Below, one piece after another: positions 13,414 through 24,974 of a stretch of DNA of 64,000 nucleotides (the first letter of the stretch is position 1; every line of letters begins with the position of its first letter). The translations under genes were made by a program, and so were the position numbers. This DNA comes from Lytechinus pictus (lineage: Eukaryota). Location: NCBI RefSeq assembly GCF_037042905.1, contig NC_087261.1, positions 8,246,001 through 8,310,000 of the forward strand. The letters are read 5' to 3'. Below the pieces are notes generated by a model that was not told the DNA's origin, did no database searches, and saw only the letters and a list, made by a program, of their open reading frames with translations.

Positions 13414-13518
13414 CTTTAAGCCTGCTGCTGCAGCTGGACCTTCAGGGTCTACTGTCTGTACGTAGGTTGGACCGCCTCCTCGTATCACAAGACCAAAGCC
13501 AACGGAATCTCCTACAAT
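13414..13518 (-). CDS. DEPTOR: DEPTOR exon 8 (PDZ N-half)
   Basis: IVGDSVGFGLVIRGGGPTYVQTVDPEGPAAAAGLK matches IVGDAVGWGFVVRGSKPCHIQAVDPSGPAAAAGMK; cag / GTAAGA. Confidence 0.95.
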
Positions 13519-13789
13519 CTGTATACAGAGACAAAAACACACTTGCAGGTGGAATAAAAACAGTCCAGATATTTTTCATCATCGCAGGCACTATTAAGAA
13601 TTATATCAAAGAGATACCATTGGAACAGTTCTAAACACGCCCAAGGTATAGCATAGGTCGTTTGGACTGTATCAATGGTAAAAAGTGTGTGTAATTATTC
13701 TAATGCTTGAGAAAAGTGATGTGAATCGTATATTTTATAAGATAGTGACATAGATCCTATTTGGTAACCAGCCACATCTAAAAACTGTG

Positions 13790-13995
13790 ACCGGTCAATA
13801 GAACAAGTCCACTAGTACCTTTGAACTTGGTCATGTGACCTGAAACTCATGCATTATGACCTATACTTATGTCAAAAATTCATGAACTAGGTTAAAAAAC
13901 ATTACCCTGGTTAAGATTTCAATGTTAACGACGCTGCCACTGCCGTCAGAAAAACAGCGCCTATAGTCTCGCTTTGCTATGCAGGTGAGACAAAA
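13790..13995 (-). mobile_element. Helentron/DINE-like (HINE) remnant
   Basis: Minus strand begins ttttGTCTCACCTGC-ata-GCAAAGCGAGAC hairpin followed by a ggc/gtc-rich tract and tgacc motifs. Confidence 0.5.
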
Positions 13996-15196
13996 TGACT
14001 GGTCACATAATAAATTTTAGCCAATCATTTGGTAAGGATATCAAGTTTTAGCTCTATGACAATATGCTATCAGGGATATTTCTACAAGATGCAAGGTTAT
14101 TTTATATCATACAAATATACCAGGCTTTGAGTAAGTTTAGCTGGAATTATTTGTCTGAGATTGGACTGACAGTTACTACTTTTACAGAGGAGCTAAGCCC
14201 CAAGGGATAATTAATATTGCCCATCCTACTGAGGATGAATAATTCCCTCTATACTTTCAAAAGAAACGCCTGGTATATTATTGTTCTATATTCTACTTTT
14301 AATCAATTAGAATGATAGATCTCGATAACCTATCTTTGTGGTTCAACCACAATCTGAACGAGTCGAGATCACATGCTGCGCTGCACAGAGCCCATTTTCT
14401 TGCGCTGGCTGACCTACTTTCCCTTAAGCCACCGCGCCCAGCATAATCTGATTAGTGCTTGCGCTGTTGCATCATGGGACTTGCGCGGTAGAGACACCAT
14501 GCTTTCCAGTGAGTCCGAGAGAGCGCATGATCTGTAATATCATAATGGAAGAGTACACTATTACAGTATATCTTGGATCACATGATGATTTTCAAACCGA
14601 TCAATAGAAGATTTGATTTATGTAGCATTTCGTGTTCCTAGTACATGTATATCAGAGATAATTCTCCCATAATATAGCACGCTTAAACAATACATTTGTG
14701 CACTCAATGATTACATTTACTAGGGACATTGTCAGCATCTTGGTACGCAGTATACACAGTATACTATACAAGTGTATACAAAGACTTCTTCTTCAAAAAC
14801 ATGGAAAGTACAGAATAAGTAGAAGTGAAAGTTTAGAGACTAGTCTTAGAAATCAGACCTCAGTGACAAGTAAGTGGAAATGTCACATACAGTATAGAAA
14901 AATAGTGCCTCTCACAAAATACAAAAAAAGTGAAATATGACTATTCTGACCAAAATACCATAGGTAAGCTCTAAACCGATAATGAACACTTGTGAAGCAA
15001 GGTCTCTACTATTGTTCCCTTCAGGCATTTCATCAAAATGTGTCATCCGACAAGTTATCAGATAAGACAATCCTTGATTTTGATTGGGTGAGAAGCACAT
15101 ACATCCGACTGTGATAGCAACTGGCGGATAATGACAACTTTTTGTGATGACAACTTTCAGAAAACGGTCCCCACGTCAACTATGAACGCATTTACA

Positions 15197-15576
15197 TGAA
15201 AGACAAGTGCTAGTTTTGGTAACAATTTCAAAATGAGTTCGTACAGACTCCAATTAAATGACCACCCAAGTGTCTGTATAAATAAAATATATGAGCCAGA
15301 GGATTCTGGAAGTAATTCTGCAATTGCTGAAATATTAGCAAGAAACGAGCATAAAATTGTTTCCAAGCAATAATAATACACTGTCCCTCATGTGCTAATC
15401 TGTGTTGGTTATCTTCAGTGTGATTGTTTTCCAGCTTAGATTTCATGATTTCACAAGTTCAGTTTGTGTAACTGTACCAGATCTAGATCCACTGTGATAT
15501 ATCGACAATCAACCTTGGTTTTACAGACATTCACATGAAATCAGTATTTACCGCAACTACTTTCATTTATCTTTAG
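15197..15576 (+). mobile_element. TTAA MITE family D
   Basis: Ends gcaactactttcatttatcttta; abuts the DEPTOR exon 7 donor. Confidence 0.8.
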
Positions 15577-15582
15577 CCTCAC

Positions 15583-15788
15583 CTTGATGTGCCGTTTGGT
15601 GAATGGACTCTCAGGATGCCGGAGTTCGTTTGCCGTAAACGATCCCCATCTTCTGGTGCAGATTGGTTCTGTAGGGATGTTTGGGGAGTCCAAGTCTTTA
15701 GAAGATTCTCCTAGATGGTTCTGGTTCTGATCCTGGCCTCCTAGGTCTGGCTTTGAACCCGAAAGTGATGCCCTTTCGAGAGATGTGT
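15583..15788 (-). CDS. DEPTOR: DEPTOR exon 7 (linker into PDZ)
   Basis: Open frame ending FTANELRHPESPFTKRHIK, resembling VTSEELLTPGAPYARKTFT; cag / GTGAGG sites. Confidence 0.9.
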
Positions 15789-15791
15789 CTG

Positions 15792-16108
15792 TAAAATAAT
15801 AATGATGAATTATATGGCACCATCTTTAATACCTAAAGTGAAATTATAATTACCTCGGCTTTAGAACAAGCTGCCACTTCCAGCGCTGTGCATTCAAGGA
15901 ATTAATCCCCTGAGTTTCCCAGTCACCTCACCTGGGTTGAGTGCAGCACAATGTGGGTAAACTCCTTGCCGAAGGAAAACCCACCATGGCAGTGTTGTTC
16001 TTTCTAATAAATACCATTTAACTACTACTACTTCTACTGCTAATTCGAACCCATGATCTTATGATTGAAAGACAAGAGTCAGAACCCCTAGACCATGTCA
16101 CACCCCCA
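15792..16108 (-). mobile_element. CORE-type tRNA SINE abutting the DEPTOR exon 7 acceptor
   Basis: cacctcacctgggttgagtgcagcacaatgtgg core; ttcgaaccc B box; tail runs into the acceptor. Confidence 0.8.
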
Positions 16109-16326
16109 ACAATATCCATAAAAATTCGAAATCAATAACAAACTTAAATAATTGCAGTGATAAAAAATCCAAGAGAGCAAAATGAAGAGAGCAAGGCATG
16201 AATTCTAAACTTTGGTTTAACTATAATAAACTATGGCTGAAGTCTTGGTTAAAGTAATGGGAAGCTAAAAGTGAAAAAAACATGTTTATACTCTATTCCA
16301 ACGTTATTGATTTTTTTGCCCAATAC

Positions 16327-16521
16327 CTGAAGAAGATGAGTTTGAATGTATCCTTTGAGGTTCTCTTGGTATTGTCAATGATGGCATCACAGCCGCTTCT
16401 CCCGATGCCATCATCGTTGCTTCTTGGTCTAACGTCGTGAGATCAGTCAAGCTCAAATCAGACATGACTGGATTGAAGTGATAGAGGAGTCGTTCGTCTT
16501 TGAAGTGATGGTCCATTGTTA
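16327..16521 (-). CDS. DEPTOR: DEPTOR exon 6 (end of DEP2, Ser-rich linker)
   Basis: VTMDHHFKDERLLYHF...HSNSSSS; tag / GTATTG sites; phase 1-1. Confidence 0.88.
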
Positions 16522-17010
16522 CTATATCATACAAGAAAGAAATAAGCATTTAATTTTGATATAGGACACATTATTTCAGCAAATCAACAAAATAATCATT
16601 TTTTTGTGATACTTATCGATTCAAATCTTACTACACTAGTCTTATGAAATGCGCAACCCTTGATGATTAGGGAGCATCACACATTTATATGAACTTCAAA
16701 CATTTCAGGTAGGTCTGACGTATTGGCCTAAATTCTCAAAAGAGTTTTCACTTGTATCATGGTACAAAACAAATGGACTATGCAGATTTTGTGTACATAA
16801 TTACCCATCTATCATTGCAATGATTGCATATACCATGAAAAGTCCAATGATAAATGTACTCTTTGGCAAAGGGCTATAAAATCATGCTTGAATAAAGCTT
16901 GATATTACAAGAAATCTGTATATAATCCATCAATTTTTACCATGGTACAATTGAAAACCCTTTTGATATTCTGGGCATAGGGTATCAGTACTGTCACTCT
17001 TACAGACTAC

Positions 17011-17095
17011 TGCTTACCATGTCTGATGATATCAGCCTCTTGTAAATCTTTACCAAGTCCTGTACGTAGCCTCATCTATTGAACCAAACCACACT
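17011..17095 (-). repeat. Duplicate of the 3' part of DEPTOR exon 5 plus donor
   Basis: tgcttaccatgtctgatgatatc...tctttaccaagtcctgta occurs at both 17011 and 17132 (period 121). Confidence 0.9.
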
Positions 17096-17138
17096 CAACG
17101 CCCTCTATTAAAACCAACAATCAACGAACTTTGCTTAC

Positions 17139-17253
17139 CATGTCTGATGATATCCGCTTCTAGTAGATCTTTACCAAGTCCTGTAGCCGCATCTCTTGAA
17201 TTGCACATGTTAATACGTAACAACCAGGATACCAGTTCTGCACCATAGAAACT
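17139..17253 (-). CDS. DEPTOR: DEPTOR exon 5 (DEP2 core)
   Basis: SFYGAELVSWLLRINMCNSRDAATGLGKDLLEADIIRH; cag / GTAAGC sites. Confidence 0.93.
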
Positions 17254-18611
17254 CTGTTGGGAGGAAAAATACAGAAGGTTAAAGATAAACTCAAGGAGCA
17301 TGAAAGGTAGAAATCATCATTTTCCCAGTATTTACACTACTGAAAGCAAACAGCAATGTGGATAGACATTTGATGAATGCTGGATCATTAACAACCATTC
17401 TAGTCATAAAGTTTGATAGAAATTTGACAAGTTATTTTACTAGATATGCAATGCACATGTAGCACCCATTTCTACCATAATAGTCAAGTGATATACATTC
17501 TGGCTTGAAAAACAAAATGTTACAGAGCAGTAGACCCCTCTCCATGATCCTTTCTCTCCCTCTCCCTCTCTCTTTCTATTTTCTCTCTTTTTTATAATTA
17601 TCCTCATTATACCACCACCTGTACTACTAAAAAATTGTTCACGTTTTCTCTGAAACATTATTTAACCAATATCCTAACACTCAAAAAGATTTCCCACACA
17701 CAAGAGTACTTATATACATGTATGTATCTATGTTATTTCCCATCTTATTATTTCCAATCTGTTATAAAATGTTTGACTATATATACATGTAAATTCCAAT
17801 ATTAGAAACAATTAAAGTGTTGTTGGAACACTTGGTAAACTAAACAGGATACGATCAGGCTCATTATTCATGTACTTCTCAATTCATAAAAGAAACAATT
17901 CTAAGAGACTGTATCCTGTTCAGTAAAACAATTATCATATAATGTATCTTTCGATATTGCGCAACAATGTGGGGTGGGGATAGCAAGAGCAAGCAAGATG
18001 CTGCATTTATTACATGCTTGCTTCTTTTAATCTAGTTTTTTTTTCTTTTCACATTTTGTCTTGATTTTTTTCAACCATGTGATTATAAACTCTTTATCAT
18101 ACACAAAATCCAATAAAATAAGTATGTAGGCCTATAATTTTGTTTTTTTTAATATGCCTAAGGATTCTGGAAGAAATTGTGTAATTGCTGAGAAACTTGG
18201 AAAACAAGCATCGCATTCCAGCCAAATGTCTGATCTTTCATAAATCTGTTCATAATGTAAGTTACAAGCGACTTTATAGACGACTGGTGAACCTTTCTTA
18301 GAAGCTAACACCAGTAATAATTCATTAAGTTGCTCATAGCATAAGAAAAACTTTATGAAACATTCACCCGGTCTCATTTTATTCTGATTTCAATCTATAC
18401 CACAAAACCAGGGGAGCATTTCATCAATATTTTTGTCCGACAAGTTGTCAAATTTGACATCTTGTCCTGATTTCGATTGGCTGAGAAGCACTGTTAGTAT
18501 GGTAACTGTCAGACAAAATGGGACTTGTCAGATAAAGAAGAGTCCTTTCAAGAAATGTTCCCCTGATTCCATATCTTCAAAGACACTGTTAGTGCTTCTT
18601 AATTTACTTAC

Positions 18612-18681
18612 ATCCGGATACTTGTGTCCAAACTCTGTATGTGGTTTCAGCAATGGATTTGAAGAAGTTTCACTTGTGACT
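18612..18681 (-). CDS. DEPTOR: DEPTOR exon 4 (start of DEP2)
   Basis: 70-nt exon VTSETSSNPLLKPHTEFGHKYPD; tttttcttaag acceptor, GTAAGT donor; bridges phase 2 to phase 0 exactly; resembles NTLLQPREEEGVKYE. Confidence 0.88.
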
Positions 18682-19576
18682 CTTAAGAAAAATAGACCAC
18701 AAGAAAAGGAAGAGTCATTAGAAGTGATTACAAAATTAGTTTCCAGATTTACATTGAATTATAAAATACATTTCCAATCAAGAGAAAAGCACCTTTTGCC
18801 TTCTTAATCGATATTAATCTTTGCATAATATGGTTCGCACTGCCTGCTCATTTCTATATGATGCATATAACGTACATGTTTTATTTTGTACTTTTTCCTC
18901 AATAAACGTTGATTAAACAGAAAAGAAAACACTTTCCATAATCTATGACTTTATGTTGCCTTTTTTGTTAATCAAGTAGGGGATTAAAACAAGCTTAGCT
19001 TTGCAGTAGATCCTTACAGACTGAATACAATCTTGGATACATTTCATGAAATGAATAGTGAATGATACTAAAGCACAAAATTTGCTTTTATAAAAAAAAA
19101 AAAAATTGGTAGCTTACAATTGTTTTCAGGGTTGGCAATAATTATTTATTTGAAAGGGTTTTTTTCATTTTTCTTTTATAAACTATTGAGGCTATTCTTT
19201 TTTATTAATATTATAAATTACAAATTTACTGATATAATGGCTCTGTTGAATATTCTTATAGTGGTCCGACGTTTTTGTTGGAATTTCATATTGGGTCGAG
19301 ATGATAGATCTTGGGGTACATAGAGACACCAGAAGTAAAATCAAATATGGTTGAAAACTATGAAGAATGGTAATGCTATACTTCCATACACATTACCTAT
19401 GGAATATTGTTAAAAAAGTGCCACTCCACTGATTAATTGATTCATGCAATGTGTAGCCGATGTATTTACTTGTTAAATAGTTATCACTGTCACATGGCTA
19501 ATTGCTTCATGTTATACTTCCCAAATGCCAGTGGAATATTTTTTACCAATGCACTGATAAATAGCTTCATGCATAC

Positions 19577-19697
19577 CTGTGGAATATTGTTGTACCATTG
19601 ATGATGGTCCTTGATTCTCGACTATCTCTGAACGTTTTATCATCGACTCGGAACCGATAGAAAAGCATATCATCCTTGAATAGGTGATCATCACACA
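19577..19697 (-). CDS. DEPTOR: DEPTOR exon 3 (end of DEP1)
   Basis: VCDDHLFKDDMLFYRFRVDDKTF matches DEPTOR VCDEHKEFKDVKLFYRFRKDDGTF; canonical splice sites. Confidence 0.95.
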
Positions 19698-20034
19698 CTG
19701 GAAAAAAAACATATTGAAATGTGTCATCTAAAAAATGATGTATATACTTGAAACAAAAACGAATCAATAATACCTCATGCAGACCTGGTGAACATTTCTC
19801 TTAAGGATTTGTCAGATATTCTATCTGACAAGTCCCATTTTATCCAACAGTTACCATAGTAACAATGCTTCTCAGCCAATCAAAATCAAGGAAAGTTGTC
19901 AGATCTTACAACTTAAAGACGAAAGTATTGATGATATGCTCCCCTCACGTGACAATGCTCATCATTATATACATTATTTTTCCCCCTTCACTCACTCCTG
20001 ATGCTCTTTTTTCTTTTCTTTTCTTCTAAGGTCA

Positions 20035-20192
20035 AGCGTTTCATGAAAGGACTTGTCGGATGTTTTATCCGACAAGTCCCATTGTATCCGACAGTTACCA
20101 TAGTAACAGTACCTCTCAGCCAATCAACATCAGAGAAAGATGTCAGATCTGACAACTTGTCGGATGAAAATGTTGATGAAACACTCCCCAGG
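20035..20192. mobile_element. Small (~150 bp) MITE family with CCAAT and X-box-like core; other copies at 18410-18565, 19787-19945, 15022-15170, 56000-56135
   Basis: Short TIRs (gcgtttcat...atgaaacactccc); repeated ttgtcggat/atccgacaa; core GTTACCATAGTAAC...CAGCCAATC. Confidence 0.75.
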
Positions 20193-20949
20193 AATCTTTT
20201 AAGCTTGGAGTAGGAATATGGACCTAGATTAATTTTTTGTAGTATCATGCTTTTAAATGTTGGTAATCATTATTTTATGTCTCTATTGAATGAGGTCATT
20301 CAGATGGATTTCTTTCCTACAAACTAGATATTACAGTACATGAAAATATTCCTTTCACCCAATAGTTACTGTAGATACATTACTTGGAATCCAATTTGAA
20401 TCATGCTACTCTATACACCCTTTTATTTATACGGTACCAAAATCGTAATTTGAATGATGATTCCAGTGAAAATTATTCTAATGACGAATTTTTAGCACGT
20501 GTAAAACCAACTAGAATCGCAAATGCTAATCACAATCACGAATTGAAATTCTACTCCAGAGGTAAATTCCAGTTAAGTTTTACTCAAATTACGGTACAAA
20601 TTTTACGTCTGAAAGGGTTGACCTCCAAAACATCTTTTGAGGGGCGGAGCTAACGTGACCTTTCAAGCACTTCCGTAGATAATACAATTGTCATGCACTC
20701 ATCGTAGATTCTTTTTTGCAATGCAGTGCTTTGATTGGGTTTGATTAACAAGTCACCAAGGTCACAAAACAGCCTTCACTCAGGAATTCCAATTCAAATC
20801 ACAGTTTTTGAGTAAACGTGTGAATGGTACAATGAGTCAATAGACGAATTGCAATCATCATTACAATGATGATTCAAGATTCTTGTGTGAAAAGGCCCAT
20901 TTGTCTTGACAGTATGCATTAAAAATTGAATAATTCTACTTGTAACTTG

Positions 20950-22220
20950 AGATAATGCAAGCAAGGTCATTGAGTCAGTACTTATAACCAAATGGAATAA
21001 ATGTAGTCCTGTTTTTTACATAATAAAATTCTAATGTTTCTGTCATGTTATTTCCTTTGACCTATGAGGAATCCAGTTTGTACACATAGTCTTGTTGCAA
21101 TGTCAGTGAATAGCAAGTTTTCAGGTTGTCAAAAATAAGATTTGACTTAAAATGTAGACATAGGCCTATTCTATAATTTGTAAAAACATACAATGCAAGT
21201 AAGGACAGTGACTTGGTTCACATGTCGACCTTTTTACTTACATAATAAAATACTAGTGTTTCTTTCATATTATTTCCTTTGACCTGTTAGGAATCCAGTT
21301 TGCATACAATACTTGTTGCCACGTCAGTGTCTGCCAGTCTTTCAGGTTGTCAAGAACAACCATTGATGTAAAAAGTATACACCTTTATTTGGGCCTATTC
21401 TATTCAAAGGAAAGACAATGCAAGCAAGGTATGTGACTTGGTGGAAAATGGAATAGGCCTGTAACTAATTGAATTCTAATATTTCTTTCATGTAATAATT
21501 TCCTTTGACATATTAGGAATCCAGTTTGTATACAATACTTGTTGCTATGTCAGTGAATAGCAAGTTTTCAGGTTGTCAAAAACAAGATTTGATTTAAAAT
21601 GTATAAGTTACATAGGCCTATTCTATTTGTATAGAAATACAATACAAGCAAGGTCAGTGACTTGGTGGAAATGGAATACATGTAGGCAATCAAATTCTGA
21701 TGTTTCTTTCATGTTATTTCCTTTGACATGTTAGGAATCCAGTTTGCATACAATACTTGTTGCCATGTCCGTGTCTGGCAAGCTTTCAGGTTGTCAAGAA
21801 AAAAGCATGCACAATAGGCCTATCTTATTTGTAAAGAAAGACAAATTATACAAGCAAGGTCAGTGACTTCGTGGAAAATGGAATACATATAGGCCTGTTA
21901 CGAATCAATTTCTAATATTTCTCTCATGCTATTTCCTTTGACATGTTAGGAATTCAGTTTGTATACAATATTTGATGTCATGTCAGTGTTTGCCAATCTT
22001 TTAGGTTGTCAAGTACAAGCTTTGATTTAAAAAGTACAATGTATTTATTTTAAAGACCTTTGAATAGGCCTATTCTATTCATTAGTAAAGAAAGACAATG
22101 CAAGCAATGTCATTGACTCGACCAAGTCATCTCAGGTCTTTGTTGTTCTTGACAACGTAAAATCTTGCCAGCGTCTTGCCTAACATAGCAACATCTTATG
22201 TGTGAAAATTGAATTCCAAG
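20950..22220. repeat. Intronic tandem repeat, about 205-250 bp unit, about 5 copies plus an inverted partial copy
   Basis: caagcaaggtcagtgacttgg...tttcctttgac...ggaatccagtttg...tcaggttgtcaa...ataggcctattcta recurs near 20954, 21192, 21417, 21641, 21845, 22097; reverse-complement fragment at about 22140-22218. Confidence 0.9.
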
Positions 22221-22357
22221 TTTTGCAGTCTATTCAAGTTACTAATAGATGCAATGAATACATTGTTTAAGTTCCCAGGAGATGAAGTCCATTCAATTTG
22301 AATACAGGTTGATTAATAGATTACAAAAATTCATGCTTCGGGTTCGTTCACACTAAC

Positions 22358-22533
22358 CATGATGAATGACATTGTATTTATGCAGGACGTTCATGAGTTC
22401 AACGGCCTTCCCTCTTTCCTCGATGCCCTTGTGTAGTACAATCCAGTCAATGACATCTTTACCAATAAAACATTTTTGGTAATGTCTAAGTCTGTATCGT
22501 CTATCTTGTATAAGTGATGCTCTCCATTCATTC
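22358..22533 (-). CDS. DEPTOR: DEPTOR exon 2 (DEP domain 1)
   Basis: LIQDRRYRLRHYQKCFIGKDVIDW...KYNVIHH, typical DEP motif; cag acceptor and GTTAGT donor. Confidence 0.93.
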
Positions 22534-23436
22534 CTGGGAAGTTATGAAAAGATGGTACAATTCAATTTCCATTAATTCAGCTAGAAATTCAATCATGAAA
22601 ATAGTTATAAAAATACAAGACAAAAAAAATGATTAGATAACCCTTTATAATATCCCCCAGTAAAATACATGTAGGGCCTAGCAGAAAACATGCACAATAT
22701 TAAATGCTTTTTTATTTAGTCATCCGGATTGGAGAGTTTTGCCAATCAAAATTATTTCATGCACTCACTCAAACACAAAAAGAAATACATGTGTAGGCCT
22801 ATAACAAGTAAAAAAGGATAGATTTTAGAGTCTGTACACCTAAAATTAAAAAGGCTAAAGTTAGCAATGGCAAATTACAATAAATCATGACTAGGATCGG
22901 ACTATTATTATTGGACAGATAAAATATTTAGATTCCAAATCAATTGGTTATGGGATACATTCTTCATGCTTGGATGATGAGACAAAAGAAATTGCCTGCT
23001 TTGTGTTGTGCCAAAGACAAACATGACAAAGTAATGCCTATAAAGTTAGAATACTGAATAAAAACAATACACAAAAAGCTTTATTTTAGTCTCTGTACAT
23101 TGGTTGTTCCGCTGAACTAACAAATGTCAGATATTGTTAATAAATCCCAACATACGATGGTGAAGTTATTCCTGCTAACCAAATTTCAAACAAGAAAAGA
23201 AGGCCTACTAGTAGTACTACTAGATTTACTGTACTACTAGATAATAGAACTTCGCAAGTACAGACAGATCACAGATTATCATGACAATCATGACATTGGA
23301 AGCTGGTGCCAGATGACGCACCTGATGTAAGATTAAAAGAATGTTTCTACAAAGTACTACTACTAGGTATAATTTTCGTTTCATGGCAAAAGGAGTAAGC
23401 TCTAATTTTAGCCCTAATAATTGAGTACAAACTCAC

Positions 23437-23531
23437 CTGAGTTTTTCACCAATGATCAATATGTTCCCCGTAGACTTTGAAGCCAGCGACAAAACTGCCG
23501 AACCGTCGAAAGATTTCGTCTTGCCTCTCAT
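23437..23531 (-). CDS. DEPTOR: DEPTOR coding exon 1 of 9; full CDS complement(join 12493-12633, 13414-13518, 15583-15788, 16327-16521, 17139-17253, 18612-18681, 19577-19697, 22358-22533, 23437-23531), 407 aa
   Basis: ATG at 23531; MRGKTKSFDGSAVLSLASKSTGNILIIGEKLR resembles the vertebrate VLVTGEQLR entry to DEP1; AG|GTGAGT donor; all 9 exons join in phase to 1224 nt. Confidence 0.85.
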
Positions 23532-24095
23532 AGTTCGTTCCTCCTAATTCAACAACTGAAAACTTGAACAAATTATTCAGATATAGCATAATATCTACAC
23601 CAATTTCGGCTAATGCCTAAGATCTGTGACATGAATTCGAAAAGATCAACCAAATTATAGTTTCAGTTTTTCAGCATTTCCCCTATTCCGTCTACCGCGT
23701 GTCTGTGTTTTGATTCACGTTGAATGATTGTTTACGTTGCATGCCGCACCACCCCCTTATAAAAATCTCACGCTTCTATAATCCCTCTTGCGGTAATTTT
23801 GAGGTTAATAGCATTGTCAACAACTAGTTCGTCCCCTAGAAATATCGGTATCAAGAGGTTGATGACGGCATTGTGTAATTGATATTACAGAGAGAGCGAG
23901 GCCTTTTACTTTCTTTGGAACCTTTTTGAGCCATATTTTAGGTTATTTAGTTTTTTAATTATATATTCGCTTGGCAACAGGGGCGGCGGAGCCAAATTTG
24001 AAAGTGGGGACACTTATCCCCTCTTGGAGTATACACACACAAAAGACAGCGAAAATGATTTTAAAAAAAATAACAATGCCGTAGCTAAATAGGAC

Positions 24096-24683
24096 TTAAA
24101 GGTCAAGTCCACCCCAGAAAATGTTGATTTGAATTAATAGAGAAAATCAAACTAGCATAACGCTGAATTTCATCAAAATCAGATGTAAAGTAAGAAAGTT
24201 ATGACATTTTAAAGTTTCGCTTATTTTTCACAAAACAGTGGTATGCACATCAGATGTGCATATCACTGTGTCTTGTTTTCTAATGTTTGAAATATACAAT
24301 ATTTATTTTTTTACAGATTTGACAATAAGGACCAACTTGACTGAACCATATAGTATTAAACAATGCTAATTCCACATGTTCAGGGAGGAATTAATCGTTG
24401 TTTCACATGCACTTTCACTTGACAAAGAGGAGAAAATTAGATTAATTCATATTTCATATAATAAAATACAGAAGAAATGGTGAGTGGATGATGTCATCAG
24501 TCTCCTCATTTGCATACAGACCAGGATGTGTGTATGACTGATTTGTGAAATTAAGCGAAACTTTAAAATGTCACAACTTTCTTATTTTACATCCGATTTT
24601 GATGAAAATTTCAGTGTTATGCTTGTTGGGTTTTTCTCTTTTTATTCAAATCAACTTTTTGTTGGAATGGACTTGTCTTTTAA
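24096..24683 (+). mobile_element. Kolobok/T2-type MITE family A
   Basis: TTAA flanks; near-identical to 195-806. Confidence 0.88.
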
Positions 24684-24974
24684 ACCCACTCTCAATGACA
24701 AAACGCGATAGTGTTTAAATTTTATGAAACGTATAGCATGTGGAATCAGCGGTCATAAGAATATTTAGAGGGCGAAGCCCCGCCCCCCCCCCCCCCCCCG
24801 GGACGCCAAAAAAGGGGAACTTAGGGGAAAGAAATAAAAAAAGAAGAAAAAGGAGTTAAAATAAGAGAAGGAAGAAAAGGATTAAAATAAAATAAGGGGA
24901 AGACTTGAAAAATATACTTCTTTATGGCCCTGAGAACGATTTTTTGGCTGAGGGTGCTGAACAAGGCCTATATT

